Shown here: positions 1 through 9,700 of the stretch, piece after piece | How the letters are laid out: every line of letters starts with the position of its first letter | Numbering within the stretch: position 1 is the first letter of the stretch | Virus record (IMG/VR): IMGVR_UViG_2648501466_000015 | DNA: 11,329 bases | DNA from: a virus | Lineage: Duplodnaviria > Heunggongvirae > Uroviricota > Caudoviricetes | Strand: one strand, 5' to 3' | Notes under the pieces: generated by a model | What the model was told of the DNA's origin: nothing | Database searches by the model: none | What the model saw: the letters and a program-made list of their open reading frames with translations, nothing else | Made by a program: the position numbers and the translations under genes

Positions 1-114
1 CAGATAGGTCCGGCTGCTCTGAAGGCGGTGTATGACATGGCCCGCAAGGGTGCCCGTGATGAAATTCAGACACAGATGCGTGATGGTGGCCTGTTCTCCG
101 GAGGTGGACGATGA
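1..114 (+). CDS. H: Tail tape-measure protein, C-terminal end only (5' partial; continues upstream of window)
   Basis: Frame 1 reads QIGPAALKAVYDMARKGARDEIQTQMRDGGLFSGGGR then TGA at 112-114; I recognise this as the lambda gpH C-terminus. Stop overlaps the next start as ATGA (111-114), the classic lambda H/M coupling. Confidence 0.8.
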   Translation, partial: QIGPAALKAVYDMARKGARDEIQTQMRDGGLFSGGGR

Positions 115-440
115 AGACCTTCCGCTGGAAAGTGAAACCCGGTATGGATGTGGCTTCGGTCCCTTCTGTAAGAAAGGTGCGCTTTGGTGATGGCTATTCT
201 CAGCGAGCGCCTGCCGGGCTGAATGCCAACCTGAAAACGTACAGCGTGACGCTTTCTGTCCCCCGTGAGGAGGCCACGGTACTGGAGTCGTTTCTGGAAG
301 AGCACGGGGGCTGGAAATCCTTTCTGTGGACGCCGCCTTATGAGTGGCGGCAGATAAAGGTGACCTGCGCAAAATGGTCGTCGCGGGTCAGTATGTTGCG
401 TGTTGAGTTCAGCGCAGAGTTTGAACAGGTGGTGAACTGA
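111..440 (+). CDS. M: Minor tail protein M (tail tip assembly), 109 aa
   Basis: ORF 111..440; protein MKTFRWKVKPGMDVASV...EFEQVVN is recognised as lambda gpM at the same length and position between H and L. Confidence 0.92.
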   Translation: MKTFRWKVKPGMDVASVPSVRKVRFGDGYSQRAPAGLNANLKTYSVTLSVPREEATVLESFLEEHGGWKSFLWTPPYEWRQIKVTCAKWSSRVSMLRVEFSAEFEQVVN

Positions 441-1138
441 TGCAGGATATCCGGCAGGAAACACTGAATGAATGCACCCGTGCGGAGCAGTCGGCCAGCG
501 TGGTGCTCTGGGAAATCGACCTGACAGAGGTCGGTGGAGAACGTTATTTTTTCTGTAATGAGCAGAACGAAAAAGGTGAGCCGGTCACCTGGCAGGGGCG
601 ACAGTATCAGCCGTATCCCATTCAGGGGAGCGGTTTTGAACTGAATGGCAAAGGCACCAGTACGCGCCCCACGCTGACGGTTTCTAACCTGTACGGTATG
701 GTCACCGGGATGGCGGAAGATATGCAGAGTCTGGTCGGCGGAACGGTGGTCCGGCGTAAGGTTTACGCCCGTTTTCTGGATGCGGTGAACTTCGTCAACG
801 GAAACAGTGACGCCGATCCGGAGCAGGAGGTGATCAGCCGCTGGCGCATCGAGCAGTGCAGCGAACTGAGCGCGGTCAGTGCCTCTTTTGTACTGTCCAC
901 GCCGACGGAAACGGACGGTGCCGTTTTTCCGGGACGTATCATGCTGGCCAACACCTGCACCTGGACCTATCGCGGTGATGAGTGCGGTTATCACGGTCCG
1001 GCGGTCGCGGATGAATATGATCAGCCGACGTCCGATATCACGAAGGATAAATGCAGCAAATGCCTGAGCGGCTGTAAGTTTCGCAATAACGTCGGCAACT
1101 TTGGCGGCTTCCTTTCCATTAACAAACTTTCGCAGTAA
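440..1138 (+). CDS. L: Minor tail protein L (tail tip; C-terminal cysteine cluster, Fe-S binding), 232 aa
   Basis: ORF 440..1138, start overlaps M stop (TGATG at 438-442). Protein matches lambda gpL in length and sequence; C-terminus carries cysteines in CTWTYRGDECGYHG...DKCSKCLSGC. Confidence 0.92.
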   Translation: MQDIRQETLNECTRAEQSASVVLWEIDLTEVGGERYFFCNEQNEKGEPVTWQGRQYQPYPIQGSGFELNGKGTSTRPTLTVSNLYGMVTGMAEDMQSLVGGTVVRRKVYARFLDAVNFVNGNSDADPEQEVISRWRIEQCSELSAVSASFVLSTPTETDGAVFPGRIMLANTCTWTYRGDECGYHGPAVADEYDQPTSDITKDKCSKCLSGCKFRNNVGNFGGFLSINKLSQ

Positions 1139-1143
1139 ATCCC

Positions 1144-1887
1144 ATGACAGAGACAGAATCAGCGATTCTGGCGCACGCCCGGCGATGTGCGCCAGCGGAG
1201 TCGTGCGGCTTCGTGGTGAGAACACCGGAGGGGGAAAGATATTTTCCCTGCGTGAATATCTCCGGTGAGCCGGAGGCGTATTTCCGGATGTCGCCGGAGG
1301 ACTGGCTGCGGGCAGAGATGCAGGGTGAGATTGTGGCGCTGGTCCACAGCCACCCCGGTGGTCTGCCCTGGCTGAGTGAGACCGACCGGCGGCTGCAGGT
1401 GCAGAGTGATTTGCCGTGGTGGCTGGTTTGCCGGGGGGCGATTCACAAGTTCCGCTGTGTGCCACATCTTTCCGGGCGGCGCTTTGAGCACGGGGTGACG
1501 GACTGTTACACGCTGTTCCGGGATGCTTACCATCTGGCGGGGATTGAGATGCCGGATTTTCATCGCGAGGATGACTGGTGGCGTCACGGTCAGAATCTCT
1601 ATCTGGATAATCTGGAGGCCACAGGGCTGTATCAGGTGCCGTTGTCATCAGCACAACCGGGCGATGTGCTGCTGTGCTGTTTTGGTTCATCGGTGCCGAA
1701 TCATGCCGCCATTTACTGTGGTGACAGCGAGCTGCTGCACCATATTCCTGAACAACTGAGCAAACGAGAGAGGTACACCGACAAATGGCAGCGACGCACA
1801 CACTCCCTCTGGCGTCACCGGGAATGGCACGCATCTGCCTTTACGGGGATTTGCAACGATTTGGCCGCCGCATCGACCTTCGTGTGA
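1144..1887 (+). CDS. K: Tail assembly protein K, JAB/MPN (JAMM) plus NlpC/P60 peptidase domains; ORF is 247 aa from ATG 1144, lambda-annotated start corresponds to ATG 1288 (199 aa)
   Basis: Open frame 1144..1887. JAMM motif H-S-H-x7-S-x2-D (HSHPGGLPWLSETD) encoded at 1345-1386; NlpC/P60-like Cys in GVTDCYTLF (~1504) and downstream His residues. GGAGG at 1272-1276 precedes ATG 1288, so both starts are plausible; the longer one better accommodates an MPN fold. Confidence 0.85.
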   Translation: MTETESAILAHARRCAPAESCGFVVRTPEGERYFPCVNISGEPEAYFRMSPEDWLRAEMQGEIVALVHSHPGGLPWLSETDRRLQVQSDLPWWLVCRGAIHKFRCVPHLSGRRFEHGVTDCYTLFRDAYHLAGIEMPDFHREDDWWRHGQNLYLDNLEATGLYQVPLSSAQPGDVLLCCFGSSVPNHAAIYCGDSELLHHIPEQLSKRERYTDKWQRRTHSLWRHREWHASAFTGICNDLAAASTFV

Positions 1888-2456
1888 AAACGGGGGCTGA
1901 AGCCATCCGCGCACTGGCCACACAGCTCCCGGCGTTTCGTCAGAAACTGAGCGACGGCTGGTATCAGGTACGGATTGCCGGGCGGGACGTCAGCACGTCC
2001 GGGTTAACGGCGCAGTTACATGAGACTCTGCCTGACGGCGCTGTGATTCATATTGTTCCCAGCGTCGCCGGGGCCAAGTCAGGGGGCGTATTCCAGATTG
2101 TTCTGGGGGCTGCCGCCATTGCCGGATCATTCTTTACTGCCGGAGCCACCCTTGCAGCATGGGGGGCAGCCATTGGGGCCGGTGGTATGACCGGCATCCT
2201 GTTTTCTCTCGGTGCCAGTATGGTGCTCGGTGGTGTGGCGCAGATGCTGGCACCGAAAGCCAGAACTCCCCGTACACAGACAACGGATAACGGTAAGCAG
2301 AACACCTATTTCTCCTCACTGGATAACATGGTTGCCCAGGGCAATGTTCTGCCTGTTCTGTACGGGGAAATGCGCGTGGGGTCACGCGTGGTTTCTCAGG
2401 AGATCAGCACGGCAGACGAAGGGGACGGTGGTCAGGTTGTGGTGATTGGTCGCTGA
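1785..2456 (+). CDS. I: Tail assembly protein I (ubiquitin-like N-terminal region, Gly/Ala-rich hydrophobic C-terminal region), 223 aa
   Basis: ORF 1785..2456, overlapping the 3' end of K by 103 nt in a different frame, as in lambda. Protein MAATHTLPLASPGMARICLYGDLQRFG...GGQVVVIGR is recognised as lambda gpI. Confidence 0.9.
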   Translation: MAATHTLPLASPGMARICLYGDLQRFGRRIDLRVKTGAEAIRALATQLPAFRQKLSDGWYQVRIAGRDVSTSGLTAQLHETLPDGAVIHIVPSVAGAKSGGVFQIVLGAAAIAGSFFTAGATLAAWGAAIGAGGMTGILFSLGASMVLGGVAQMLAPKARTPRTQTTDNGKQNTYFSSLDNMVAQGNVLPVLYGEMRVGSRVVSQEISTADEGDGGQVVVIGR

Positions 2457-2474
2457 TGAAAAACGTTTTATGTG

Positions 2475-2494
2475 AAACCGCCTCCGGGCGGTTT
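2475..2494 (+). other. Perfect 8-bp stem-loop in the I-J intergenic spacer (AAACCGCC-TCCG-GGCGGTTT)
   Basis: Seen directly: 2475-2482 AAACCGCC is the reverse complement of 2487-2494 GGCGGTTT, 4-nt loop; followed by TGTCATTT. The T-run is mostly inside the stem, so termination is doubtful; could be an RNA processing or stability element. Confidence 0.3.
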
Positions 2495-2516
2495 TGTCAT
2501 TTATGGAGCGTGAGGA

Positions 2517-5500
2517 ATGGGTAAAGGAAGCAGTAAGGGGCATACCCCGCGCGAAGCGAAGGACAACCTGAAGTCCACGCAGTTGCTGAGTGTGATCGAT
2601 GCCATCAGCGAAGGGCCGGTTGAAGGTCCGGTGGATGGATTAAAAAGCGTGCTGCTGAACAGTACGCCAGTGCTGGACAGTGAGGGGAATACCAACATCT
2701 CCGGCATCACGGTGGTGTTCCGTGCCGGTGAGCAGGAGCAGACACCGCCGGAGGGGTTTGAATCCTCCGGCTCCGAGACGGTGCTGGGTACGGAAGTGAA
2801 ATATGACACGCCGATCACCCGCACCATTACGTCTGCAAACATCGACCGTCTGCGCTTTACCTTCGGCGTGCAGGCACTGGTGGAAACCACCTCAAAGGGG
2901 GACCGGAATCCGTCGGAAGTCCGCCTGCTGGTTCAGATCCAGCGTAATGGTGGCTGGGTGACGGAAAAAGACATCACCATTAAGGGCAAAACCACCTCGC
3001 AGTATCTGGCCTCGGTGGTGGTGGGTAACCTGCCGCCGCGCCCGTTCAATATACGGATGCGCAGGATGACGCCGGACAGCACCACAGACCAGCTGCAGAA
3101 CAAAACGCTCTGGTCGTCATACACCGAAATCATCGATGTGAAACAGTGCTACCCGAACACGGCACTGGTCGGCGTGCAGGTGGATTCGGAGCAGTTCGGC
3201 AGCCAGCAGGTGAGCCGTAATTATCATCTGCGCGGGCGCATTCTGCAGGTGCCGTCGAACTATAACCCGCAGACGCGGCAATACAGCGGTATCTGGGACG
3301 GAACGTTTAAACCGGCATACAGCAACAACATGGCCTGGTGTCTGTGGGATATGCTGACCCATCCGCGCTACGGCATGGGGAAACGTCTTGGTGCGGCGGA
3401 TGTGGATAAATGGGCGCTGTATGTCATCGGCCAGAATTGCGACCAGTCGGTGCCGGACGGCTTTGGCGGCACGGAGCCGCGCATCACCTGTAATGCCTGG
3501 CTGACCACACAGCGCAAGGCGTGGGATGTGCTCAGTGATTTCTGCTCGGCGATGCGCTGTATGCCGATATGGAACGGGCAGACGCTGACGTTCGTGCAGG
3601 ACCGACCATCAGATAAGGTGTGGACCTATAACCGCAGTAATGTGGTGATGCCGGATGATGGCGCGCCGTTCCGCTACAGCTTCAGCGCCCTGAAGGACCG
3701 CCATAATGCCGTTGAGGTGAACTGGATTGACCCGAACAACGGCTGGGAGACGGCGACAGAGCTTGTGGAGGACACGCAGGCCATTGCCCGTTACGGTCGT
3801 AACGTCACGAAGATGGATGCCTTTGGCTGTACCAGCCGGGGGCAGGCACACCGCGCCGGGCTGTGGCTGATTAAAACGGAACTGCTGGAAACGCAGACCG
3901 TGGACTTCAGCGTGGGTGCGGAAGGGCTTCGCCATGTACCGGGCGATGTCATTGAAATCTGCGATGATGACTATGCCGGTATCAGCACCGGCGGGCGCGT
4001 GCTGGCGGTGAACAGCCAGACCCGGACGCTGACGCTCGACCGTGAAATCACGCTGCCATCCTCCGGTACCACGCTGATAAGCCTGGTTGACGGAAGTGGC
4101 AATCCGGTCAGCGTGGAGGTCCAGTCCGTCACCGACGGCGTGAAGGTAAAAGTGAGCCGTGTTCCTGACGGCGTTGCCGGATACAGCGTGTGGGGGCTGA
4201 AGCTGCCGACGCTGCGCCAGCGACTGTTCCGCTGCGTGAGTATCCGTGAGAACGACGACGGCACGTATGCCATCACCGCCGTGCAGCATGTGCCGGAAAA
4301 AGAGGCCATCGTGGATAACGGGGCGCACTTTGACGGCGACCAGAGCGGCACGGTGAATGGTGTCACGCCGCCAGCGGTGCAGCACCTGACTGCCGAAGTC
4401 ACCGCAGACAGCGGGGAATATCAGGTACTGGCGCGCTGGGACACACCGAAGGTGGTGAAGGGCGTGAGCTTCCTGCTCCGTCTGACCGTAACAGCGGACG
4501 ACGGCAGTGAGCGGCTGGTCAGCACGGCCCGGACGACGGAAACCACATACCGCTTCACACAACTGGCGTTGGGGAACTACAGGCTGACAGTCCGGGCGGT
4601 AAATGCGTGGGGACAGCAGGGCGATCCGGCATCGGTATCGTTCCGGATTGCCGCACCGGCAGCGCCGTCTCGGATTGAGCTGACACCGGGCTATTTTCAG
4701 ATAACCGCCACGCCGCATCTTGCGGTTTATGACCCGACGGTACAGTTTGAGTTCTGGTTCTCGGAAAAACGGATTGCGGATATCAGGCAGGTTGAAACCA
4801 GCGCGCGTTATCTTGGTACGGCACTGTACTGGATAGCCGCCAGTATCAATATCAAACCGGGCCATGATTATTATTTTTACGTTCGCAGTGTGAACACCGT
4901 TGGCAAATCGGCATTCGTGGAGGCTGTCGGTCAGCCGAGTGATGATGCATCAGGCTATCTGGATTTTTTCAAAGGCGAGATAGGGAAAACCCATCTGGCT
5001 CAGGAGCTGTGGACGCAGATTGATAACGGTCAGCTTGCGCCTGACCTGACTGAAATCAGGACGTCCATAACGGATGTCAGCAATGAAATAACACAGACCG
5101 TCAATAAGAAACTGGAAGACCAGAGTGCAGCGATCCAGCAGATACAGAAGGTTCAGGTTGATACAAATAATAACCTGAACAGCATGTGGGCAGTGAAGCT
5201 GCAGCAGATGCAGGACGGACGCCTTTATATTGCGGGTATCGGTGCCGGTATTGAGAACACCCCTGACGGCATGCAGAGTCAGGTGCTGCTGGCAGCAGAC
5301 AGGATTGCGATGATTAATCCTGCGAATGGCAACACAAAGCCGATGTTTGTTGGTCAGGGCGATCAGATATTCATGAATGAAGTGTTCCTGAAACGCCTGA
5401 CGGCCCCCACCATTACCAGCGGCGGTAATCCTCCGGCATTTTCCCTGACATCAGACGGGAGACTGACGGCGAAAAATGCGGATATCAGTGGCAGTGTGAA

Positions 5501-6014
5501 TGCGAACTCAGGAACGCTCAACAATGTCACGATTAACCAGAACTGTACGATTAAGGGCATGCTGGAGGCGACCCAGGTCAGAGGAGATTTCGTTAAAGCT
5601 GTATCAAAAGCCTTCCCGAAAAAAGTCGGTACGTGGGGTAACACGGAAACACCAAACGGGACGGTTACAGTCACCATCAGCGATGATCATAACTTTGACC
5701 GCCAGATTATTATTCCGCCCATTATTTTTAACGGTATAGCGTATGACGATCCGGGGAGCGGAAATAACCCAGGAGGCACGCGATACACGGGTTATGGTTT
5801 TGAAGTTCGCAAAAACGGCGTATTAATCGCATCCAGAGAAACTAAAGGGGCCATTCCCGGTAGTTACAGTGCAGTTATTGATATGCCGAGTGGCAGGGGA
5901 AGCGTCACTCTGGAGTTTAAGATTTTCCAGAAAGGCAATCAGGGGGCAGGCAATATCACCGACTGTACGGTGATTGTGACCAAAAAAGCCGCTTCCGGCA
6001 TCAGTATTCGTTGA
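2517..6014 (+). CDS. J: Host specificity protein J (tail tip central fibre), 1165 aa
   Basis: ORF 2517..6014 with GAGG at 2511-2514 before the ATG. The N-terminal ~800 aa ([34 protein letters not shown]...) are recognised as near-identical to lambda gpJ, including a fibronectin-III-like segment (~4370-4660). The C-terminal ~330 aa diverge from lambda J as I remember it. Confidence 0.95.
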   Translation: MGKGSSKGHTPREAKDNLKSTQLLSVIDAISEGPVEGPVDGLKSVLLNSTPVLDSEGNTNISGITVVFRAGEQEQTPPEGFESSGSETVLGTEVKYDTPITRTITSANIDRLRFTFGVQALVETTSKGDRNPSEVRLLVQIQRNGGWVTEKDITIKGKTTSQYLASVVVGNLPPRPFNIRMRRMTPDSTTDQLQNKTLWSSYTEIIDVKQCYPNTALVGVQVDSEQFGSQQVSRNYHLRGRILQVPSNYNPQTRQYSGIWDGTFKPAYSNNMAWCLWDMLTHPRYGMGKRLGAADVDKWALYVIGQNCDQSVPDGFGGTEPRITCNAWLTTQRKAWDVLSDFCSAMRCMPIWNGQTLTFVQDRPSDKVWTYNRSNVVMPDDGAPFRYSFSALKDRHNAVEVNWIDPNNGWETATELVEDTQAIARYGRNVTKMDAFGCTSRGQAHRAGLWLIKTELLETQTVDFSVGAEGLRHVPGDVIEICDDDYAGISTGGRVLAVNSQTRTLTLDREITLPSSGTTLISLVDGSGNPVSVEVQSVTDGVKVKVSRVPDGVAGYSVWGLKLPTLRQRLFRCVSIRENDDGTYAITAVQHVPEKEAIVDNGAHFDGDQSGTVNGVTPPAVQHLTAEVTADSGEYQVLARWDTPKVVKGVSFLLRLTVTADDGSERLVSTARTTETTYRFTQLALGNYRLTVRAVNAWGQQGDPASVSFRIAAPAAPSRIELTPGYFQITATPHLAVYDPTVQFEFWFSEKRIADIRQVETSARYLGTALYWIAASINIKPGHDYYFYVRSVNTVGKSAFVEAVGQPSDDASGYLDFFKGEIGKTHLAQELWTQIDNGQLAPDLTEIRTSITDVSNEITQTVNKKLEDQSAAIQQIQKVQVDTNNNLNSMWAVKLQQMQDGRLYIAGIGAGIENTPDGMQSQVLLAADRIAMINPANGNTKPMFVGQGDQIFMNEVFLKRLTAPTITSGGNPPAFSLTSDGRLTAKNADISGSVNANSGTLNNVTINQNCTIKGMLEATQVRGDFVKAVSKAFPKKVGTWGNTETPNGTVTVTISDDHNFDRQIIIPPIIFNGIAYDDPGSGNNPGGTRYTGYGFEVRKNGVLIASRETKGAIPGSYSAVIDMPSGRGSVTLEFKIFQKGNQGAGNITDCTVIVTKKAASGISIR

Positions 6015-6031
6015 AATATTTATAACCCCAA

Positions 6032-6059
6032 TAAAGGGCGTCAGGAATGACGCCTTTTT
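6032..6059 (+). terminator. Rho-independent terminator downstream of J (tJ-like)
   Basis: GGCGTCA (6036-6042) / loop GGAA / TGACGCC (6047-6053) followed by TTTTTT (6054-6059); preceded by AAA, so possibly bidirectional. Confidence 0.7.
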
Positions 6060-6084
6060 TATTGCAGAAAAGCGAGAGGTAATT

Positions 6085-6684
6085 ATGCGTAAAGTTTGTG
6101 CAGCAATTTTGTCCGCAGCCATTTGTCTGGCCGTATCCGGTGCGCCTGCATGGGCGTCTGAACATCAGTCCACGCTGAGCGCGGGGTATCTTCATGCCTC
6201 GACGAACGTCCCCGGCAGCGATGATCTGAACGGGATTAACGTGAAATACCGTTATGAGTTTACGGACACACTGGGGCTGGTGACGTCATTCAGCTATGCA
6301 GGAGACAAGAATCGCCAGCTGACCCGTTACAGCGATACCCGCTGGCATGAAGATTCCGTTCGTAACCGCTGGTTCAGCGTAATGGCGGGGCCGTCTGTGC
6401 GCGTGAATGAATGGTTCAGCGCGTATGCGATGGCGGGTGTAGCTTACAGCCGTGTGTCGACTTTCTCCGGGGATTATCTTCGCGTAACTGACAACAAGGG
6501 GAAAAAGCACGATGTGCTGACCGGAAGTGATGACGGTCGCCACAGCAACACGTCTCTGGCGTGGGGGGCTGGCGTGCAGTTTAACCCGACCGAATCCGTG
6601 GCCATTGATATTGCTTATGAAGGCTCCGGCAGTGGTGACTGGCGCACTGACGGTTTCATCGTGGGTGTCGGTTATAAATTCTGA
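6085..6684 (+). CDS. lom: Lom-like outer membrane beta-barrel protein (Ail/Lom/PagC family), 199 aa with predicted signal peptide
   Basis: ORF 6085..6684 with GAGAGG (6073-6078) upstream. N-terminal signal peptide MRKVCAAILSAAICLAVSGAPAWA; C-terminus AIDIAYEGSGSGDWRTDGFIVGVGYKF recognised as identical to the lambda Lom C-terminus; internal GINVKYRYE and SAYAMAGVA conserved, predicted loops divergent. Confidence 0.88.
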   Translation: MRKVCAAILSAAICLAVSGAPAWASEHQSTLSAGYLHASTNVPGSDDLNGINVKYRYEFTDTLGLVTSFSYAGDKNRQLTRYSDTRWHEDSVRNRWFSVMAGPSVRVNEWFSAYAMAGVAYSRVSTFSGDYLRVTDNKGKKHDVLTGSDDGRHSNTSLAWGAGVQFNPTESVAIDIAYEGSGSGDWRTDGFIVGVGYKF

Positions 6685-6710
6685 TTAGCCAGGTAACACA
6701 GTGTTATGAC

Positions 6711-6737
6711 AGCCCGCCGGTTCAGGCGGGCTTTTTT
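6711..6737 (+). terminator. Rho-independent terminator downstream of lom
   Basis: AGCCCGCC (6711-6718) / loop GGTTCA / GGCGGGCT (6725-6732) followed by a T-run to 6737. Lies only ~12 nt upstream of the stf start codon. Confidence 0.7.
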
Positions 6738-6748
6738 GTGGGGTGAAT

Positions 6749-9700
6749 ATGGCAGTAAAGATTTCAGGTGTACTGAAAGACGGCACAGGAAAACCGGTAC
6801 AGAACTGCACAATCCAGCTGAAAGCAAAACGTAACAGCACCACGGTGGTGGTGAACACGCTGGCCTCAGAAAATCCGGATGAAGCCGGGCGTTACAGCAT
6901 GGACGTTGAGTACGGGCAGTACAGCGTTATTCTGTTGGTGGAGGGATTCCCGCCGTCACATGCCGGGACCATCACCGTGTATGAAGATTCCCGACCCGGT
7001 ACGCTGAATGATTTTCTCGGTGCCATGACGGAGGATGATGCCCGTCCTGAGGCACTGCGCCGTTTTGAACTGATGGTGGAAGAGGTGGCGCGTAACGCGT
7101 CCGCGGTGGCACAGAACACGGCAGCCGCGAAGAAGTCAGCCAGCGATGCCAGCACATCAGCCCGTGAGGCGGCAACCCATGCGACTGATGCTGCAGGCTC
7201 AGCACGCGCAGCCAGCACGTCAGCCGGACAGGCCGCGTCGTCGGCTCAGTCAGCATCTTCCAGCGCAGGAACGGCATCAACAAAGGCCAGTGAAGCATCG
7301 AAAAGTGCTGCTGCTGCAGAGTCCTCAAAAAGCGCGGCAGCTACCAGTGCCGGTGCGGCGAAAACGTCAGAAACGAATGCGGCAGCGTCACAACAATCAG
7401 CAGCCACTTCTGCATCCGCCGCGACCACGAAGGCGTCAGAAGCAGCCACCTCAGCCCGGGATGCGGCGGCCTCAAAAGAGGCAGCGAAATCATCAGAAAC
7501 GAACGCATCATCAAGCGCCAGTAGTGCCGCTTCCTCGGCAACGGCGGCAGGCAATTCCGCGAAGGCGGCAAAGACGTCTGAGACAAACGCCAGGTCTTCT
7601 GAAACGGCAGCGGGACAGAGCGCCTCGGCTGCGGCAGGCTCAAAAACAGCGGCTGCGTCGTCTGCCAGTGCCGCGTCAACAAGTGCCGGGCAGGCCTCAG
7701 CCAGTGCCACCGCCGCCGGAAAATCGGCAGAAAGCGCCGCATCGTCTGCTTCAACAGCCACAACGAAGGCTGGCGAAGCCACTGAACAGGCCAGCGCAGC
7801 AGCAAGGTCTGCTTCCGCAGCGAAGACATCCGAGACGAACGCGAAAGCGTCGGAAACCAGCGCAGAATCCTCAAAAACGGCTGCCGCATCGTCCGCCAGT
7901 TCGGCGGCGTCATCGGCATCATCGGCGTCTGCTTCAAAAGATGAGGCGACCAGACAAGCGTCCGCAGCGAAGGGCAGCGCCACGACGGCATCCACGAAGG
8001 CGACAGAGGCAGCTGGCAGTGCGACGGCGGCAGCACAGAGCAAAAGTACGGCGGAATCCGCGGCAACGCGCGCCGAGACAGCGGCAAAACGGGCAGAGGA
8101 TATTGCATCCGCCGTGGCGCTTGAGGATGCAAGTACGACGAAAAAGGGGATAGTACAGCTCAGCAGTGCGACCAACAGTACGTCTGAAACGCTGGCGGCA
8201 ACGCCAAAGGCAGTAAAATCAGCCTATGACAATGCAGAGAAACGTCTGCAGAAAGACCAGAACGGCGCTGATATACCCGATAAGGGACGCTTCCTGAACA
8301 ACATTAACGCGGTCAGTAAAACAGACTTTGCTGATAAGCGTGGTATGCGTTATGTGCGGGTTAACGCTCCTGCAGGTGCAACATCTGGAAAATATTACCC
8401 TGTTGTTGTTATGCGTTCTGCTGGCTCAGTAAGCGAACTGGCATCAAGGGTCATTATCACCACGGCAACGCGAACCGCAGGCGATCCGATGAATAACTGC
8501 GAGTTTAACGGATTTGTTATGCCTGGTGGCTGGACTGACAGGGGGCGTTATGCTTATGGAATGTTCTGGCAATATCAAAACAATGAACGAGCCATCCACT
8601 CAATAATGATGAGTAATAAGGGCGATGATTTGCGCTCTGTGTTCTATGTTGATGGCGCTGCTTTCCCTGTTTTTGCGTTTATCGAAGATGGCCTGTCAAT
8701 ATCCGCACCTGGTGCTGATCTCGTTGTTAATGATACGACCTATAAGTTTGGGGCAACAAATCCGGCGACTGAATGTATCGCGGCGGACGTTATCCTTGAT
8801 TTTAAGAGTGGGCGTGGTTTTTATGAGTCTCATTCGTTAATCGTTAACGATAACTTGTCGTGCAAAAAACTTTTTGCCACAGACGAAATTGTAGCGCGTG
8901 GTGGTAATCAGATTCGAATGATAGGTGGGGAGTATGGGGCATTATGGCGTAATGATGGCGCTAAAACTTACCTGCTGCTTACCAATCAAGGTGATGTTTA
9001 TGGTGGCTGGAATACATTAAGACCGTTTGCTATTGATAACGCAACCGGCGAACTGGTTATTGGAACCAAACTGTCCGCAAGTCTGAACGGTAATGCATTA
9101 ACAGCAACAAAGCTGCAAACGCCAAGACGGGTTTCTGGTGTTGAGTTTGATGGTTCCAAAGATATTACTTTAACCGCCGCGCATGTGGCTGCTTTTGCCA
9201 GAAGGGCAACGGATACATATGCCGATGCGGATGGTGGCGTTCCCTGGAATGCCGAATCAGGCGCTTATAATGTCACCCGCTCTGGCGACAGCTATATTCT
9301 GGTTAACTTCTATACCGGAGTCGGAAGTTGCCGGACCTTGCAGATGAAGGCGCATTACAGAAATGGTGGTCTGTTCTACCGTTCTTCAAGAGACGGTTAT
9401 GGTTTTGAGGATGACTGGGCAGAAGTTTATACCTCGAAAAATCTTCCACCAGAAAGCTACCCAGTCGGCGCACCAATCCCGTGGCCATCAGATACCGTTC
9501 CGTCTGGTTATGCCCTGATGCAGGGGCAGACTTTTGACAAATCTGCTTACCCGAAACTTGCAGCCGCTTATCCGTCAGGCGTGATCCCTGATATGCGTGG
9601 CTGGACGATTAAGGGCAAACCTGCCAGTGGTCGGGCCGTATTGTCTCAGGAACAGGACGGCATTAAATCGCATACCCACAGCGCCAGCGCATCCAGTACA

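Noticed and set aside
338-1834. 498-aa ORF on the - strand spanning L and K
   Set aside because: Antisense to two confidently identified tail genes; Arg/Pro/Ala-rich composition typical of a reverse-strand frame in GC-rich coding DNA; no ribosome-binding site or recognisable motif.
3609-4865. 418-aa ORF on the - strand inside J
   Set aside because: Entirely embedded antisense in the conserved part of J; Arg-rich low-complexity translation; judged a spurious open frame.
6743-6748. GTG at 6743 as the stf start (as in the ORF track)
   Set aside because: The ATG at 6749 gives the N-terminus MAVKISG matching lambda Stf and has better spacing from the G-rich stretch upstream; the GTG would add only 2 codons.
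7146-8175. Three long ORFs (335 aa Arg/Pro/Gln-rich on +; 309 aa Ala/Asp-rich and 263 aa on -) inside the stf repeat region
   Set aside because: By-products of the GC-rich Ala/Ser codon repeats of stf in other frames; extreme compositions; the stf frame is continuous with recognisable N- and C-termini.
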